A stretch of 63,290 nucleotides of DNA, filler included, from Reticulomyxa filosa (lineage: Eukaryota > Protista > Foraminifera), in NCBI GenBank assembly GCA_000512085.1. It is 23 parts of 23 records of this genome, joined end to end, with 100 filler letters (N's around TTAATTAATTAA, not from the genome) between each part and the next. Parts side by side here need not be neighbours in the genome. Positions count along the whole stretch, not along the records: positions 61,613 to 63,290 come from ASPP01012493.1; 22 more parts are not named here. The stretch is one strand, 5' to 3'. The notes beneath the pieces are model-generated. The model was not told the origin of the DNA. It did no database searches and saw only the letters and a program-made list of their open reading frames with translations. Shown here one piece after another: positions 63,201 to 63,290 of this stretch. Each line of letters starts with the position of its first letter. The first letter of the stretch is position 1. A program made the position numbers and the translations under genes.

Positions 63201-63290
63201 TCAATCCCAGCTCAGCGCGCCGCCAGTCTGGTACTCGGTCACACGCGTCTCGAAGAAGTTTTTCTCTTTCTTCAGGTCGATCATCTCGCT
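63201..63290 (-). CDS. nrdB: Class Ia ribonucleotide reductase beta subunit, C-terminus (proteobacterial type)
   Basis: Translates SEMIDLKKEKNFFETRVTEYQTGGALSWD*, the NFFE.RV.EY tail of NrdB; GC-richer codon use than the downstream genes. Confidence 0.9.
   Translation of the reverse strand, partial: SEMIDLKKEKNFFETRVTEYQTGGALSWD

Overview
This window is not one locus. It is 23 unrelated short contigs joined by 22 identical 100-nt artificial linkers (N44-TTAATTAATTAA-N44), so nothing can be inferred across a linker. About 20 contigs come from an AT-rich, intron-rich protist with homopolymer and (TA)n-laden introns, low-complexity proteins, expanded WD40/TPR families and decayed gene copies. 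This style suggests a foraminiferan such as Reticulomyxa, which is an inference. Recognisable host genes are Ran, a PI-PLC-X protein, a Sen1/Upf1-type helicase, an Hsp90 pseudogene, a cNMP-binding protein, TAF9, a TKL kinase, FPP synthase, a GPCR-PIP kinase, RPB3, and RCC1-, XK-, WD40- and TPR-family proteins. Two contigs are bacterial: 47532-48573 (TRAP DctP plus a 2OG-Fe(II) oxygenase start, with back-to-back sigma54 promoters) and 61613-63290 (nrdB 3' end, terminator, then a coupled ParA-like ATPase + HEPN operon). Three things stand out. (1) An unusual Penelope-like retroelement (9948-14488) with a hammerhead-shaped RNA carrying a non-canonical CUUUGA core and present in both orientations, an orphan ORF1, a ~150-aa coiled-coil insert inside the RT, and no C-terminal endonuclease. 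(2) The ParA-HEPN candidate defence/toxin operon behind nrdB. (3) A spliced eukaryotic gene fusing a degenerate GGDEF domain to ankyrin repeats. All family calls are from motif recognition by eye; no searches were run.
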